Shown here: positions 28,004 through 42,030 of the stretch, one piece after another
Numbering within the stretch: position 1 is the first letter of the stretch
Layout of the letters: each line of letters opens with the position of its first letter
Source: the human T2T-CHM13v2.0 reference genome, Homo sapiens
Assembly: GCF_009914755.1 (NCBI RefSeq)
Contig: NC_060928.1
Strand: one strand, 5' to 3'
Length of the DNA: 64,000 bases
Made by a program: the position numbers and the translations under genes
Notes under the pieces: generated by a model
Told to the model about the DNA's origin: nothing
Database searches by the model: none
The model's input: the letters and a program-made list of their open reading frames with translations, nothing else

Positions 28004-30100
28004 TGATGGCAACGGTGGGCCATCCGGAGCGGTTGCTGTCATCTTGCCAGCTGCAGCTGGGAGGCGCCAGCGGTGGTGGCAGGAGCGGCTGTGGGAGCAG
28101 TAGTGGCGGGTTGCGGGGGAGGGGGTACCCCTGTGCCCTATGTCCAATGTCTGGGAGGCAGCCGACTACGCCACCGGGACCCTAGCACTGCAGGGCAGGA
28201 CCTATCCCCAGGCCCAGAGCCTCCGTAGCTCAGCCCCTGGCCCCGCGTTGCTGCTGTCACCCTCTGCTGCTGCAGGGAGGATGTGTGGAAGAGGCAGACA
28301 GTCCCCGAAGCCCACAGCCCTGGGGGCCACCACGATGGGGCCAGGCCAAGTCGCCCATGGGCAGGGGAGCAGCTGTCAGGCAGAGAGGGTCCCCAAGGCA
28401 GAACTGGGTCCAGGGCAGTGTGACGCTTGCACACAGAGCGTGGTGGCCGAGCCAAGGCGCTGACCTGGGGTGTGCTTCAGGGCCCCATGGCTGGAAGTGG
28501 GAGCAGTGCCCGCTTCAGGACCCAGCCAATTTTTGCAGTGACAGCACCCACCCCACCAAGCCAAGTTCCTGCACGTCAGGAGAAGGCTCTGCACAGGGCT
28601 GACTGGGGCTGTGTCCAGGGGTTCCGTCCCGCATTGAGGTGATCACCGGGCCTGACACTCTCGACTGCCAGGCCAGGCCCTGATCCACTCCCAAAGGGTC
28701 CCCCTCAGACAAGGCTGTGAGCTGGGTGGGCAAAAGCCCCGCCCTCCCAGGAGCAGGACCTGGGAGTCTGTGCAGTCTGCACCCTAGGGGGCCTGTCTGC
28801 TCCTGCTGCCTGGTCTCTCCCCACTCCTGGCACCCACTCCAATCTTGGAGTGGGGTTGGGGCCAAGCCGGAGAGCTGTCACAGCCCAGCTGGCTGTGCGC
28901 ATGCTCCGGACAGCACTGACACACCAGCCCCCTGCCACCTCGGCCTCCTCCAGACTTTGGGCACTGATGAGTGTTGCGGGGAGGGAAGTGGAGGTGAGGA
29001 TGAGGGCAGCTCAGTGCTGGCTTGCAAGTGCCCCTTTGTGCAAGCAGCCTGGGTGCCATGGACAGCCACAGGAGGCAGACCGGCTCCTGGGCAGAAGGGG
29101 GCAGGTCCAGGTGAGGCCCCATTTTCAGGCCAGGGAGAGCCTGAAGGCTGGGGGCCAGGCTGCCAGTCCCACAGACTGGAGCGGAGACTCGTGGTGTCTT
29201 TTCCAGGCCTGCCCATGGTTGCCCATGGACCAATTGGTGTGCACTTCTTCACCTCTGAGGTCCATAAATGCCCTGGGCTCAGCAACACCAGGGCAGAGGA
29301 TGGAGAGATGAAGGGACAGCCAGCAGCAGAGAGGAGATACCCACTCTGCTGAGAACTGAACACTTTTCGGGATGACCTGCCTATATCTCTGATAGGAGCT
29401 GAACACTCGTCAGGACACCCTAGCTATGGAGAGGAGCTGCCCACTGTGGGTCTTCCCTGAGGTGTTCTGTTGCTCAATAAAACTCCTCTTCGTCTTCCTC
29501 ACCCTCCACTTGTCTATGTACCTCATTCTTCCTGGTCACAGGACAAGAACTCAGGACTTGTGGAATGGTGATGCTAAAAGAGCTGTAACACAAACAGAGC
29601 TGAAATATGCCCCTTGCTCGTTTTGTTGGTGGGCAAAGAGGAGAGAAGAGCTGCAGCCCTTCAGGGAGCCTAGACCTGGGATCTCCCTGAGCTAGGGCTG
29701 TGACTCCCTTTTTGAGACCCTGTGGTCCCTGGTGTCTCTGAGCCTCTGGGCACCACCACATTCCCTAGTATGAGCCAGGACAGCTGCCTGTGGGGCGCTG
29801 GTCCAGCCACAGCCTTGAAGAGAGCTGGCGCCCATGTCGGCACCTGGAGCTTCCTGCCCCGCAGCAGCAGCTGGCGTGTCTGACTGCACAGTGGCCAGAC
29901 TCTATGCTCATTCACACCCCATTGCCACTCCATGCCTGACTCGCGGCATCCCTTGGAGGCATGGGATCCAGGCCAGTAGCATGAGCTGAACACAGCCTGC
30001 CAGGCTGAGTGGGCAGAATGAGTCCAGTGGGCCAGAGGCAAAGGCACCACCGGCTGTATGTTTCTGGCCAAAAAAGCAACACTCCAAAGATCCTGTAACA
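28004..30100 (+). mobile_element. MER52-family ERV1 solo LTR (~2.1 kb, GC-rich)
   Basis: TG...CA termini (tgatggcaacggtgggccatccggagcgg ... aaagatcctgtaaca), 4-bp TSD ATAC, AATAAA 29476; splits an older MLT1 LTR (~27925-30430). Confidence 0.9.
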
Positions 30101-30975
30101 ATACGATATCTAATGCTAGGGTTCCAGATCAGCAGACAGCTCAAGTCATGTTCTCCCTGGGCTCTGCTATCCAAAATGCTTCAGTCCTCTTCATCTGGTG
30201 AAAGGGTAAGGAAGAAGACTATGGGGGAGGCACGCTTTTTGAAGTTTTTAGGCACTTCCGCCTGGAAGGGAAACATATCACTTTGTTTTACATTCCCTTA
30301 GCAAGAACTAGACATATGGCCACATCTAAATGCAAGGGAGGCTGAGAAATGTAGTTTCAGCTGGGCAGCTGCTTCCCAGCAACTACTCTGAAGACAACAC
30401 ATCTTTGGTGTACAGCCAACAGTACCTGCACAATTATTATGGTAGGTGCTACATAGAATTCAAATGTGGTAAGGCATAAGACCAACTATGAAACATGTCT
30501 TTCTGTAGAAATATGATACTTGTTAAAATACAATAAGCAATTTGTTCAAAGTTTAGAGAGTCAAGAAAACTAATATTTAAGATCATTGTATCTATTAAGA
30601 ATGAAGCTAATGATATTAACCCATAATCAGTAGGTGTGTGTTTTGAACTGGTGATTCACAGCTGTTTGAGATTAGCAGAGACATACTGACACTCTCCCAC
30701 ACTGTATGGCTCATGACCATAGCATGGCGTTAGCTGGGTGGCATATGTGAAAAAATTAAGCTTTTGTTCTTCTTAGATTTGAACTTGTTAGAGGCAAGAT
30801 TTTTGAAAATCCTTACAAAATTTCTCTCTTCGGTATCATTGGAACTTACAGCTTTTGTTGTATGGTTATTTGGGTTTTTGTTTTTGTTTTTTGTTTTTTT
30901 CTTTTCATTTTAACCAAGTTTGGTCAAATTTGGATGCTTATAATTTTGATTCACATCTTAGAAGTTAGTCTCTGG

Positions 30976-31287
30976 GGCCAGGCATGCGGGCTCGCGCTTT
31001 CAACCCCAAGACCACTTTGGGAGGCATTTTGGGAGCTGAGGCAGGAGGATCTTTGAGTCCAGGAGTTTGAGACCAGCCTGGGCAACATAGGGAGACCTCG
31101 TCTCTACAAAAATTTAAAAATCAGCCAGGTCTGGTGGTGCACACCTATAGTCTAAGCTACTGGGAAGGCTAAGGCAGGAAGAGCGCCTGAGCCTGGGAGG
31201 TCGAGGCTACAGTGAGCCGCGATCACACCACTGCACTCCAGCATGGGTGACTGAGCAAGATCTTGTCTCAAATAAATAAATAAATAA
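30976..31287 (+). mobile_element. Alu (AluJ-like)
   Basis: ggccaggcatgcgggctcgcg...tctcaaataaataaataaataa; TSD-like aagtt.gtctct. Confidence 0.93.
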
Positions 31288-32789
31288 GTTTGTCTCTAAA
31301 TATTAGCTCCTCAACTGAGCTGCATCTTAGCATCCTCTTGAAAGCTTTTCTTAACACTGATGTGTAGAACTAAACACTTCCTTCCCTGGAACCCTACTGG
31401 CCCTGTAAATATACACCTAATATTTATGCAAAGAGTAAATGCAATCAGGTAAACAGAAGTGACCGGCACATTAAATGGCTTCTATTATAGTTATGTGAAA
31501 AAATTGAGGTCATAATACCAAACTTATGTCATCGTTATGAATATTAGACAAAATGCATATTTTTAAATCTAGTACTTTACAGGTGTCCCATAAATATATA
31601 TACAATTACCATTATTGTTGTTATTATTGTTGTTATTATTTTGAATATCTCTCCTTTTAAAAGGCAAAGACAGAAGTTTTGGGCTCACTCTTTGTTACTG
31701 TAGAAAAAGTAAATGTTAAGGGCATAATAATTACCAGAAAATTCCCTTGTTTCTTAGGGAAAAAACAAGCAGCAGAAATTGCGTTAAGCATGAAATGGCT
31801 GAAAAGAGGGCAAACTGATTCTGGATGACTCGTGAACAATATCATTAGATACAAAGTGAAATTAATAGGTTATCTAGACTAATAAAATCCACAGATGCTT
31901 GGAAATGAAGGAGATGTGAATGCGGGAAAGAAAAATCTAAAAACATCTCCAGATTATGGTGAAGCCCTATATGCCTGACCTGTTTGGCAATAAAACTACC
32001 CCCAAAAACCACAAGAGGCATTTTCCAGGAAAGAGGCAAGCCAATCTCTTCAGTCAGTTTCTCCTCAATCCCCTACTCTGGGTAATGAAATCTGAAAGAA
32101 ATTCATGTGACCCATACTGGGAAAATGCCTCTAGAAAACCCATATTGTGGGAGGTAAGAATAAAAAATTCTCAGAACATGAAAGATTGATTTATTAAAAT
32201 TGTAGGTTGGGATTGATTTACCTCCTTTTTTTAAAAAAAAGTTTTATTTTTATTAGTAGTATTATAATAATGCTCATTAATTTTTATCTATAGTTTAAAA
32301 TATAGCAAAACACATGATATTTTACTTAAAAACATCATAACTCTTCGACTTCACCTGTCCCCTGGTCTATTAAAGACTCTTTGAGTTAAAATCTTTCTTC
32401 AGTGTGAACTTCTCTCAAGAGCATCTCTACTTCTACCATCTGTTTACTCCTCTTGTTGTAGTGTCAATATTTTATTCCTCATGAACTTGAAAAGGAAACA
32501 TAAATCACAAAATTTTAGAGCTGAAATGGACCTCTAAAATAATCCAGATTAACTCTATCAAGGAACTTGAGACCTAGACAAGAGAAAGGATATGCCAGAA
32601 CCCCATAGAAAAGAATTTGAGATGGGAGACAAGAAAATCTAGGCTCTTCAAATTCTGCAATGGCATTTTTAAAATGTATACATAAATTATTTTAAGAACC
32701 CAGTAGAAGCTCCAGCCTCTTGGAGTTTATACTAAACTCACATGCTACCTGGGCTACCATGGGATTAAACATTATTAAAATAATGCTCC

Positions 32790-33270
32790 TTCATTCACTT
32801 GTTCCTCTAAACATTTACAGAGCACCTAACAGGAAACTGTGGATACAAACATGAATAAATCCCAGTCCCTGACTGCTGGGAGTTTGCTTTTTAGCGTGAG
32901 GAGGACAAACATTTAAGGCAATAAACCTTCATCGGTGCTATGCTAGATCAAGTGCAGGCTGCAGAAGGAGTTAAAAAGTGGGAGTTGGTTATTTCTATTT
33001 AGACCAGAAAAGGTTTTATAGGGGATGCTTTGATGCATGATGTGCAAATATTTCAGAGACAGGTGCGGATGAGACTGGAGGGATATTCTAGATATAAGGA
33101 CCATGCAATGTGAGTAAAGGCATGGAGACCTGAAATAGAATGACACACTGGGGAACCCACATGGCTCTGCATGATTGTTTTAGGGAGTACAAGGAGAGAA
33201 GTTGGGCAGAAATAAGGCTGGAGAGACAGAAGAATGCCAGACCCCAGAGGACCTCATGTTATGTAAGAAA
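32790..33270 (-). mobile_element. L2 fragment
   Basis: ttcattcact...aacatttacagagcaccta...aaaggcatggag. Confidence 0.65.
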
Positions 33271-33352
33271 TAGCAATCACCTGGGCAGTCCTTTTTAGGC
33301 ACAGGAAGCATGCCTGAAGTTCTCAGGTGTAATTCACTCAAGCGGAACACTA

Positions 33353-33729
<377 letters not shown>

Positions 33730-36306
33730 TCAGCAAGAATAACTCAATTTATGTAAGAACTATATACATGTCATAATTGAGCTAAATTTCTTCACTGAAT
33801 AAATATTTTTGGCACATAATCTGCAGAGGGATTAGCATATCATGGAACTTACACTCTATGAGGAATTCAAACATTAAAGAAGAAATCAAATTTTAATATA
33901 GAATATTTTAAATTACAGGTTTAAGAAACATAAATGTTATGCTATGGGATAGGGGCATTAATGTAAACTATGCCTTGACAAGAATTGTCGAAACAAAAAA
34001 CCTTAGCCAAGTGTAACCAGAAAAATATCTGACTGAGCTGCTTTTGTTGTCTAGTTTTACTCCCCTTTCTTTTGATTTTGTTTTCTCTTTTGCACTGAAA
34101 TTGTCACCTTTTCATATCAACCTTATGATAGATTCTCTACCAAAAATTACTCAAACATCAGATTTTAAGCAAGAATTCTCATAAACCAATTTCGGAGAAT
34201 GATTTTCTCCCCTCAAATATATCTGCAAAATGACTGTCACTGACCGCTTATTGCCACAAAATGTCTTTTTCTGAACAAACAAGGTCCTCCTGCAGCTGCT
34301 AGACTTTCTATTTGTGCTTTTCCACCTTGTTCTATCTCCCTCTTTGGATCCTCTCTGATTACAGCCTCCTCTATTGTTCCCCAGGTTGTTATAGGTCTCG
34401 AGTTTATGCTGCTGTGGTTGATGTTGAGTGGGAAGGGGGACTTTCTGTTTGGATCCAATCCCAGAATACCCATCCCTTCAACTCCAATGTGGACACAGGG
34501 TCTCTACCATATACCTTCTCTACCCAGGGTGCTGCCAAGTTTACTGTTTAGCCACACCCCCTTAATCTCATTGGTTACTCAAGTTTCAAATTTCCTAGTT
34601 GATTTTCATGAACAAATGGGCTCCATGAGGGTAAGAATGGTGTCATTTAAGAAAAAAAAGTTAGTAATTTAAGTCTACCTTAAAAAAGTCTATCATTTAA
34701 AGAGCATTAGAATGTCCTCAGAGTTACTAATACTACTTTAATGAAGAAATAAATGCTAGATTCTTGAGTACAGGCAGATATTAGATATCAATATATGAGA
34801 TATACTCTGAATTCAAGCATAGTGCCTATGCATTGTATTCATAAGCAAAAACTATAAGGTCAGAATTCGTGTCATAGATGCAGGGCTGAGTGGGCAATCA
34901 CCAACAATTTATTGAGCACTTACTCCATAACAGTTCTATGTGTCTAAAGGAAAACTTTTTTTTATTTGTTTTAAATTGAAACTAATGTTTACCAATGGTA
35001 CGACCACTTTGTCAGGAGCTGACTTTTGTTGTCTAAGCTATTGAGCAATGGAATAAAAGAGTTTATGGTGTTTTTGTTTTTTTTTTTTTGTATTTCTGAA
35101 ATGCTCTAATTTCATGTCTGAACTTGAAAATAGCACCCTCTTATCATCCACCTTTGCTTGCTACCCTGTGATAAATAATGCCCCTTTTCCCAGTCTATAT
35201 ATGATGAATGGTGCTAGGCTTCCGATTAGCTTTAATTCCAAACTTCTTTATGACAGATTAGTGGTGTTACCAAAATATCAGAGTCATGTCTGAACCTTGA
35301 CTCAAGGGAAAAAAATAATTACCTGTGGAGCTGAAAACACTGAAATAGTTGGTTACACTTTACTAAGTAAAATATAATTAGAAATGTTCAAATAAACTGG
35401 AAGTGAGTTTAATAAAGTTGTCCACCAAAGTAGTGACATTGAACACTTACTTTTTATTATATGGGAATTTTCATGTAATTCAGGAAAAAGACCTTAAGGC
35501 TCTTTATTTGTTTCCATGTGTCCTCTTAGTGTGTATAATTTAAGATCACAAATTACTCTTTGCATTCTAGCTTGACAACTAAACTTTTTTTACTTTCCAC
35601 TCACAAGATTTATAGGGAATTTGTGCATTTTGACCTTTTGATTCTAACAACCAATCATTAGCCAATCAAGAATGGAAACTTTGGAAATATTACAGATAGA
35701 GCCACTGTGATTTAAATCATTTAACATGTTAATTCTGACAGAAAATCCTACTCAGAAAAAACAACCAGCAGCAGCATGTTTGAGTGCAAACAGCAAGAAA
35801 CATCCCAAAACATGACCTCCCCGATAGTCAGAATGACGCAGCATCCATTTCCTACTTTACAGAATTGCCTCCCATTATAAATCACTTTATCTTCTCAACT
35901 CCAAAGCATCCCAGACACATTCTTTACCCGTGAATTCACAAGCCTTTTCTCTGAGAGAGGCCTTGGGACTAGGAACTTTTTGAATGAGTGTAGAAGTCGG
36001 GAAGGAGACAATAGTGTCAACTTGGGATTGCCTAAGGCAACAACAGAGCAAAACAAGAACGCTTTGGTTCTCTGGGTCTCTGTCCCTGATTGCATAGCGG
36101 GTCATTGTTGGGAAATATTTCCTCACCTGGCATTCCAAGAAATGGAGAGCTCCACAGCTGTATATAGTCCTGTCATTAAATACAGGAGTGTTCTATCCCG
36201 CTGGAATTAAGAAAATTGGTAGAACCAGATTGTGGTCTGAAATCTTTTTTCAGAAATGCTGCCATCGTGTGGCACTGCGGAGCTATGACCAGAAGAGTCC
36301 TGTAAA

Positions 36307-36321
36307 GGGTCGTATGGTTCA
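36307..36321 (+). promoter_or_regulatory. DR3 vitamin D response element-like site (~-1.9 kb)
   Basis: GGGTCG tat GGTTCA = two RGKTSA-like half sites spaced by 3 nt; resembles reported osteopontin VDREs. Confidence 0.7.
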
Positions 36322-37369
36322 TCTCAAGATGGCTGGGCTCCAGCATAATCTATTCCTATAATTAATTCTAGCTTCATATTGAATCATTCCCGTGGGCACA
36401 GAGTAAACTACAGTAAATCCTGTGGAAATTTTGTTGTTTTTAGAATTTTCGGACTTCCCTCCACTAAATTGACAACATGACACGCTTATGCGGGTATGTT
36501 TAAAGGAAAAAAATAGTTTTTAGAAGCAGAAAAAAGAAGTCTATTTTGCAACTTTATAATCTGTGTGCTTTCTATTTTATAGAGATAGTCGTCATCTTAC
36601 TTATTAAAATGGGTGCTTATTACCTACAAACCAATCATATCAATTCATCTGGAATACATCCAATTTAAGGGAGACATATTTCCCCCTACCAAATGTTCAT
36701 GAAACCTATGAATTAGCTATACACTATCACTGCAAGACATTATTTAATCTATATTTATATTAAAAGTAATATTTGGCAAAAGGAAGCTGACACTTTAGGA
36801 CTAATAAAAACCACAATTACTTTTGCAGCAACCTAATAATAAATAGGACCATTTATTTTTCATCTCAATTACACACAAGTCTTAACAATAAAGGTGTAAG
36901 GTAAATAAATAGTGCAATCTGCATTTCACAACTGAGAAAGCAAATGAAGATAAGTAATCTCAAGGCAATATTAAATATTTTAAAAGGACCCAGAGCTCTG
37001 CTATCCCTGAATTCTGCTCTAATATTCGGACTTTCCCTGTAATTTTCTTTCATTCAGACACCTTTTAAATACCTAGTAAAGTGTTTTTTAATACAGAAAT
37101 TTTTAAAAATGTTTTTCTTTTTAAGTGGCCTACTTTACATACCTTGGGAGAAAAACTAGAAAAAAAGATGATTCCAAAATCGAATCTGTTCCTTTAGAAA
37201 TGTGCAAAATTTCCTTATTGATGCATACAATTTAAAGATCTTACGTCTACTCTCATTTTAATAACCTGTTCTTTTAAAGGACATTACAATTCGTGACTGC
37301 CTGCCCCTCTTAAAAATTTCATAATAGTTAACACACATATAGTCCTTAAGATACGCAGAGCATTTGCAT

Positions 37370-37590
37370 CTAATATGTGCTAAGCATTGCTAGTTTAACA
37401 TACTAATTCATTTAAACCCCTCAAAAACCCCATGACCTAGGTAATAGTATTGCATTTCATGGATGAGGGAACAAGGATAGGTAGGCTGGGCGATTTGCCC
37501 AAGGTTGCACAGGTCAGCAGTGACACAGCGGAATTCAGAACCACGGTCTGGCTCCTGAAGCAGCCCTCTCAAGCAGTCATCCTGCTCTCA
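37370..37590 (-). mobile_element. MIR in the SPP1 upstream promoter
   Basis: catttcatggatgagggaacaagg...cgatttgcccaaggttgcacagg MIR core. Confidence 0.75.
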
Positions 37591-37739
37591 GTCAGAAACT
37601 GCTTTACTTCTGCAACATCTAGAATAAATTACCATTCTTCTATTTCATATAGAATTTTATATTTTAATGTCACTAGTGCCATTTGTCTAAGTAACAAGCT
37701 ACTGCATACTCGAAATCACAAAGCTAAGCTTGAGTAGTA

Positions 37740-38199
37740 AAGGACAGAGGCAAGTTTTCTGAACTCCTTGCAGGCTTGAACAATAGCCTTCTGGCTCTTC
37801 AATAAGTACAATCATACAGGCAAGAGTGGTTGCAGATATTACCTTTATGTTACTTAAACCGAAAGAAACAAAAATCCATTCTATTTAATTTTACATTAAT
37901 GTTTTTCCCTACTTTCTCCCTTTTTCATGGGATCCCTAAGTGCTCTTCCTGGATGCTGAATGCCCATCCCGTAAATGAAAAAGCTAGTTAATGATATTGT
38001 ACATAAGTAATGTTTTAACTGTAGATTGTGTGTGTGCGTTTTTGGTTTTTTTTTGTTTTAACCACAAAACCAGAGGGGGAAGTGTGGGAGCAGGTGGGCT
38101 GGGCAGTGGCAGAAAACCTCATGACACAATCTCGCCGCCTCCCTGTGTTGGTGGAGGATGTCTGCAGCAGCATTTAAATTCTGGGAGGGCTTGGTTGTC
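37740..38199 (+). promoter_or_regulatory. SPP1: SPP1 proximal promoter
   Basis: TTTAAA box 38173-38178; RUNX2/OSE2 AACCACA 38060-38066; AP-1-like TGACACA 38122-38128; Sp1/GC box CCGCCTCCC 38135-38143; G-rich 38075-38103. Confidence 0.85.
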
Positions 38200-38289
38200 A
38201 GCAGCAGCAGGAGGAGGCAGAGCACAGCATCGTCGGGACCAGACTCGTCTCAGGCCAGTTGCAGCCTTCTCAGCCAAACGCCGACCAAG
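38200..38289 (+). other. SPP1: SPP1 exon 1 (non-coding 5'UTR); TSS approximate
   Basis: Begins ~25 nt after TTTAAA (38173-38178); ends CCAAG|GTACAG donor; joins exon 2 to give the osteopontin 5'UTR ...CCGACCAAGGAAAACTCACTACCATG. Confidence 0.9.
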
Positions 38290-39386
38290 GTACAGCTTCA
38301 GTTTGCTACTGGGTTGTGCATTCAGCTGAATTTCATGGGGAAGTCCAAATTCTAAGGAAAAATATTTTTAATTGTAATGCTGTTAAACAGACTTAAATTT
38401 TCTAGCCTTTTTAATAAGCAGATTAGATACATTGCAGGTCTCCTGTGGAACAAAGGTGTCTAGATATTTTGAATGCCAATCAAATTTAAAACTTAAAAAT
38501 ACTTCCACTGGGTCCTCAAAAGAACGGAAACCACCGATGCTAATCAGAAAATAGTAAAATTAAATTCCCCTTTGGAATAATTATACCTATATAATTTTCA
38601 GTGGGTGACTGTGCAGGAATTTAAAAGAAAAGGGATCTTTTATGCTAATTAAACCAATTACAATGCTATTTTTTAAATGATGTATCTCACTTTTAAGGGG
38701 AAGAAAACCCTTTCTGAATATGCCACTGCTAAATTTAGCTGTTAAAATATTCACCAAGATACCTGTATGACACTGTGTAGGCTTATTATTACAAATAGAA
38801 AAGCTGTTGGCTATTTTCAATGTTTTCCTTTGAATTTCAAATTTTTAGAACATCTTACTTAAATAACAAATTTCAGAGATAGTTTGATTTCACCTAAGTA
38901 GCACCTACTTGATAATTAAGCTAAAAGTCACATTTAAAGTACATGTTGGAAAAATGGATAAAGCAAATTTTTTTCATTTTTTTCTGTGAGTTTTTTCTTC
39001 TCTAAAAAATATTCCCATACTAGCTTATTAATATAATTAAGTTACTGTTGATCTGTTTGTAGGTTTAGAGAGCTAGATATATAAGGTAGTAATGGTATAA
39101 TTTCTGGAACTCTAAATTTTAAAGTTGAATAAATACAGACTTGCAAAATTTCTCTTTCCCTTGCCTAATAGTGAAAGATGGATAATAGGTGGCAATATAA
39201 ATATTAACTTGAAAGACTATAATACTAAAAAGAAAAGGCATCTCTAAGAAGTAGAAAAGATTCTATAGAAAATATATTTTATTTGTGATCATTTTGTAAT
39301 GTGGTAGTATAAAAAGGTATCACTGTTGTAACCTATGAAGATGTCAGCTATTCCTTATGAAATATTTTGCAGGAAAACTCACTACC

Positions 39387-39440
39387 ATGAGAATTGCAGT
39401 GATTTGCTTTTGCCTCCTAGGCATCACCTGTGCCATACCA
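39387..39440 (+). CDS. SPP1: Osteopontin exon 2 coding part: signal peptide MRIAVICFCLLGITCAIP (exon starts 39373)
   Basis: ttttgcag| acceptor, Kozak ACCATG, 18 codons, CCA|GTGAGT donor. Confidence 0.98.
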
Positions 39441-39549
39441 GTGAGTACAGTTGCATCTTAAAGAAAATTCCTGAAAATAACTGAATTGTGTGCTTCCATG
39501 TGCTAGGAGGACATTCTTGTAATCTTTCTTCATCTTTTCTGTTTCTAAG

Positions 39550-39588
39550 GTTAAACAGGCTGATTCTGGAAGTTCTGAGGAAAAGCAG
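39550..39588 (+). CDS. SPP1: Osteopontin exon 3: VKQADSGSSEEKQ
   Basis: ttctaag| acceptor, CAG|GTAAGC donor, 39 nt, SSEE FAM20C-type phosphorylation motif typical of SIBLING exon 3. Confidence 0.98.
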
Positions 39589-40209
39589 GTAAGCATCTTT
39601 TATGTTTTTATATAGTTAAATCATTTACTCAATTATGGCGAGAGGTGCAAGAAACGTATTTGCTGCGATATTACTTATCTTCTCAGTCAAATCCATTGGT
39701 TTACAAGTATTGATTGACTGCCTGCTATGAATCTAGGCCAGTACCAAGCACAGTATAGTTTTTAATAAATATAAGTTTATAAAACCAACCCAGATATTTT
39801 AAATATAATAATATCTAGGCATGTATGATGAGTTATCGCATGTAAGATAAGTTATATGAAGTTGTGTGACTTTTTTTCCATTAGTCCACATACTGATCTA
39901 AAAGCAGAAAATTCCAGCTTTTGCTTTGTTTAGTGGATTGCTAAGTTTAAAATTCACATTGGATATTAGTCAGAACTGTTTGTATGACCATAATATTCAC
40001 AATATTGTCTGAGATATTAGCTGAGAAGCCCATTGTGAAAAGAAAGTCTATGTGTGCTGTTTGTATCTATTGTGATTGTCAGCTGATGTTAGATCACATT
40101 TTCTAACCAAACATAAGACCAACCAAACTCTTTATTATAATTATTTGACCAGCACTAAAGATGTACCTACCCCTCCACAACAGATGAAACTGTGCCAGCC
40201 AAACAACAA

Positions 40210-40341
40210 ATGGGCATTGTCCCCAGAAGCTTGGACAAAAAGGCACACAGAGTTCAATTCCAGTTGAACAGAATAAAGGCCAAAATAGAGCTGCCTTGGG
40301 GGTCACTGCAATTAGACTGCTTAATGAAGACATTAAAAGAA
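40210..40341 (+). CDS. SPP1: Alternative intron-3 exon, coding part (OPN5-type N-terminus MGIVPRSLDKKAHRVQFQLNRIKAKIELPWGSLQLDCLMKTLKE)
   Basis: ATG 40210, 44 codons, phase-0 GAA|GTATTC donor in frame with exon 4; 44+283=327 aa, matching the recalled length of isoform 5. Confidence 0.7.
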
Positions 40342-40879
40342 GTATTCTGTGTTCGTTTGTGTGTGGAGGGGTGTGTGTGTCTGTTTTTCAACTGATTTGA
40401 AAATACAGGTGTTGAATCCTAATAATAAACCAGAAAAATTAACATCTCCAGAGAAGATAGAGGTCATACTATTTGAGGCAAGAATTAGCGTCTTTTTAAT
40501 AAACGAAAATATGGCAAAGATGCATTTTAGAAGGCACGTGGAGCTATAACAATTTAAGAAATACGTGAAGAGCTCAAGGCTCAGCCTTCTAGAATCCCAG
40601 AAACTTAAAGCTAGTAAAAAATTGGGGAAGTCTCTAAGGATATATGCCTGAAAATACACACTGGTTATCTGTGAGTGTTAGGATTACTGGGTGGTTTTTA
40701 GTCTATTCATTTTGCTTACCTTTATTTTCTTCATATTAGTTTTTAAAAATTATAAATGTAACTTATACATCCATTCTCTCTGAGCCTGTATTACATGTGT
40801 CATGAGAATAGATAGATAGATATGAAAAAGTGAAGAGAAAAACTCTGAACTCATCTGGTCTCACTGTTTTTCCGCCTTC

Positions 40880-41170
40880 TTTTTTTTTTTTTTTTTTTTT
40901 TTTTGAGACGGAGTCTCGCTCCGTCGCCCAGGCTGGAGTGCAGTGGTGTGATCTCGGCTCACTGCAAGCTCCGCCTCCCAGGTTCACCCCATTCTCCTGA
41001 GTAGCTGGGACTACAGGCGCCCGCCACCACGCCCGGATAATTTTTTGTATTTTTAGTAGAGACGGGGTTTCACCGTGTTAGCCAGGATGGTCTCCATCTC
41101 CTGACCTCGTGATCCACCCTCCTTGGCCTCCCAAAGTGCTGGGATTACAGGCGTGAGCCACTGCGCCCGG
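40880..41170 (-). mobile_element. AluY-like in SPP1 intron 3 with a small internal deletion
   Basis: Long T tail; ttctcctgagtagctggg lacks the usual cctcagcctccc block. Confidence 0.95.
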
Positions 41171-41569
41171 CTGTTTTTTCATCTTCTTAAAGCAAGGAAC
41201 CCCTTCTTTCAGCAAAACCTTTCGGAGAAGCCCAATACTAAGCTCCTCTGGTTAGAGCCAGCCATGAGAGAAACTCCAAGTACTTCTGACTGGTTCTCTC
41301 TCTACTCATCCACCCCTTAGGTGGCTGCAGAAGGAACTCTGTGCAACCCCCAGAGTTCTCATTCTCAGTGACAGGGAAATGTAATGATTGGCCCTGGATG
41401 ATTCAGCAGATCAGATGATACTTACTCAGAGCAATTTCCACTCCTTTGCAGTAGCATATTATCAGTATTTTCCAGATAAATAACTTGGCTAAAGAAAAAT
41501 CCATTTCATTTACATCTTTGGCACCTTACAGCAATAGAACTTTTGTGCAATGATTTTAATATTATATTT

Positions 41570-42030
<461 letters not shown>

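Noticed and set aside
28138-30174. Many long overlapping ORFs (up to 211 aa) on both strands
   Set aside because: All lie within the GC-rich MER52 LTR, where stop codons are scarce; no recognisable protein motifs
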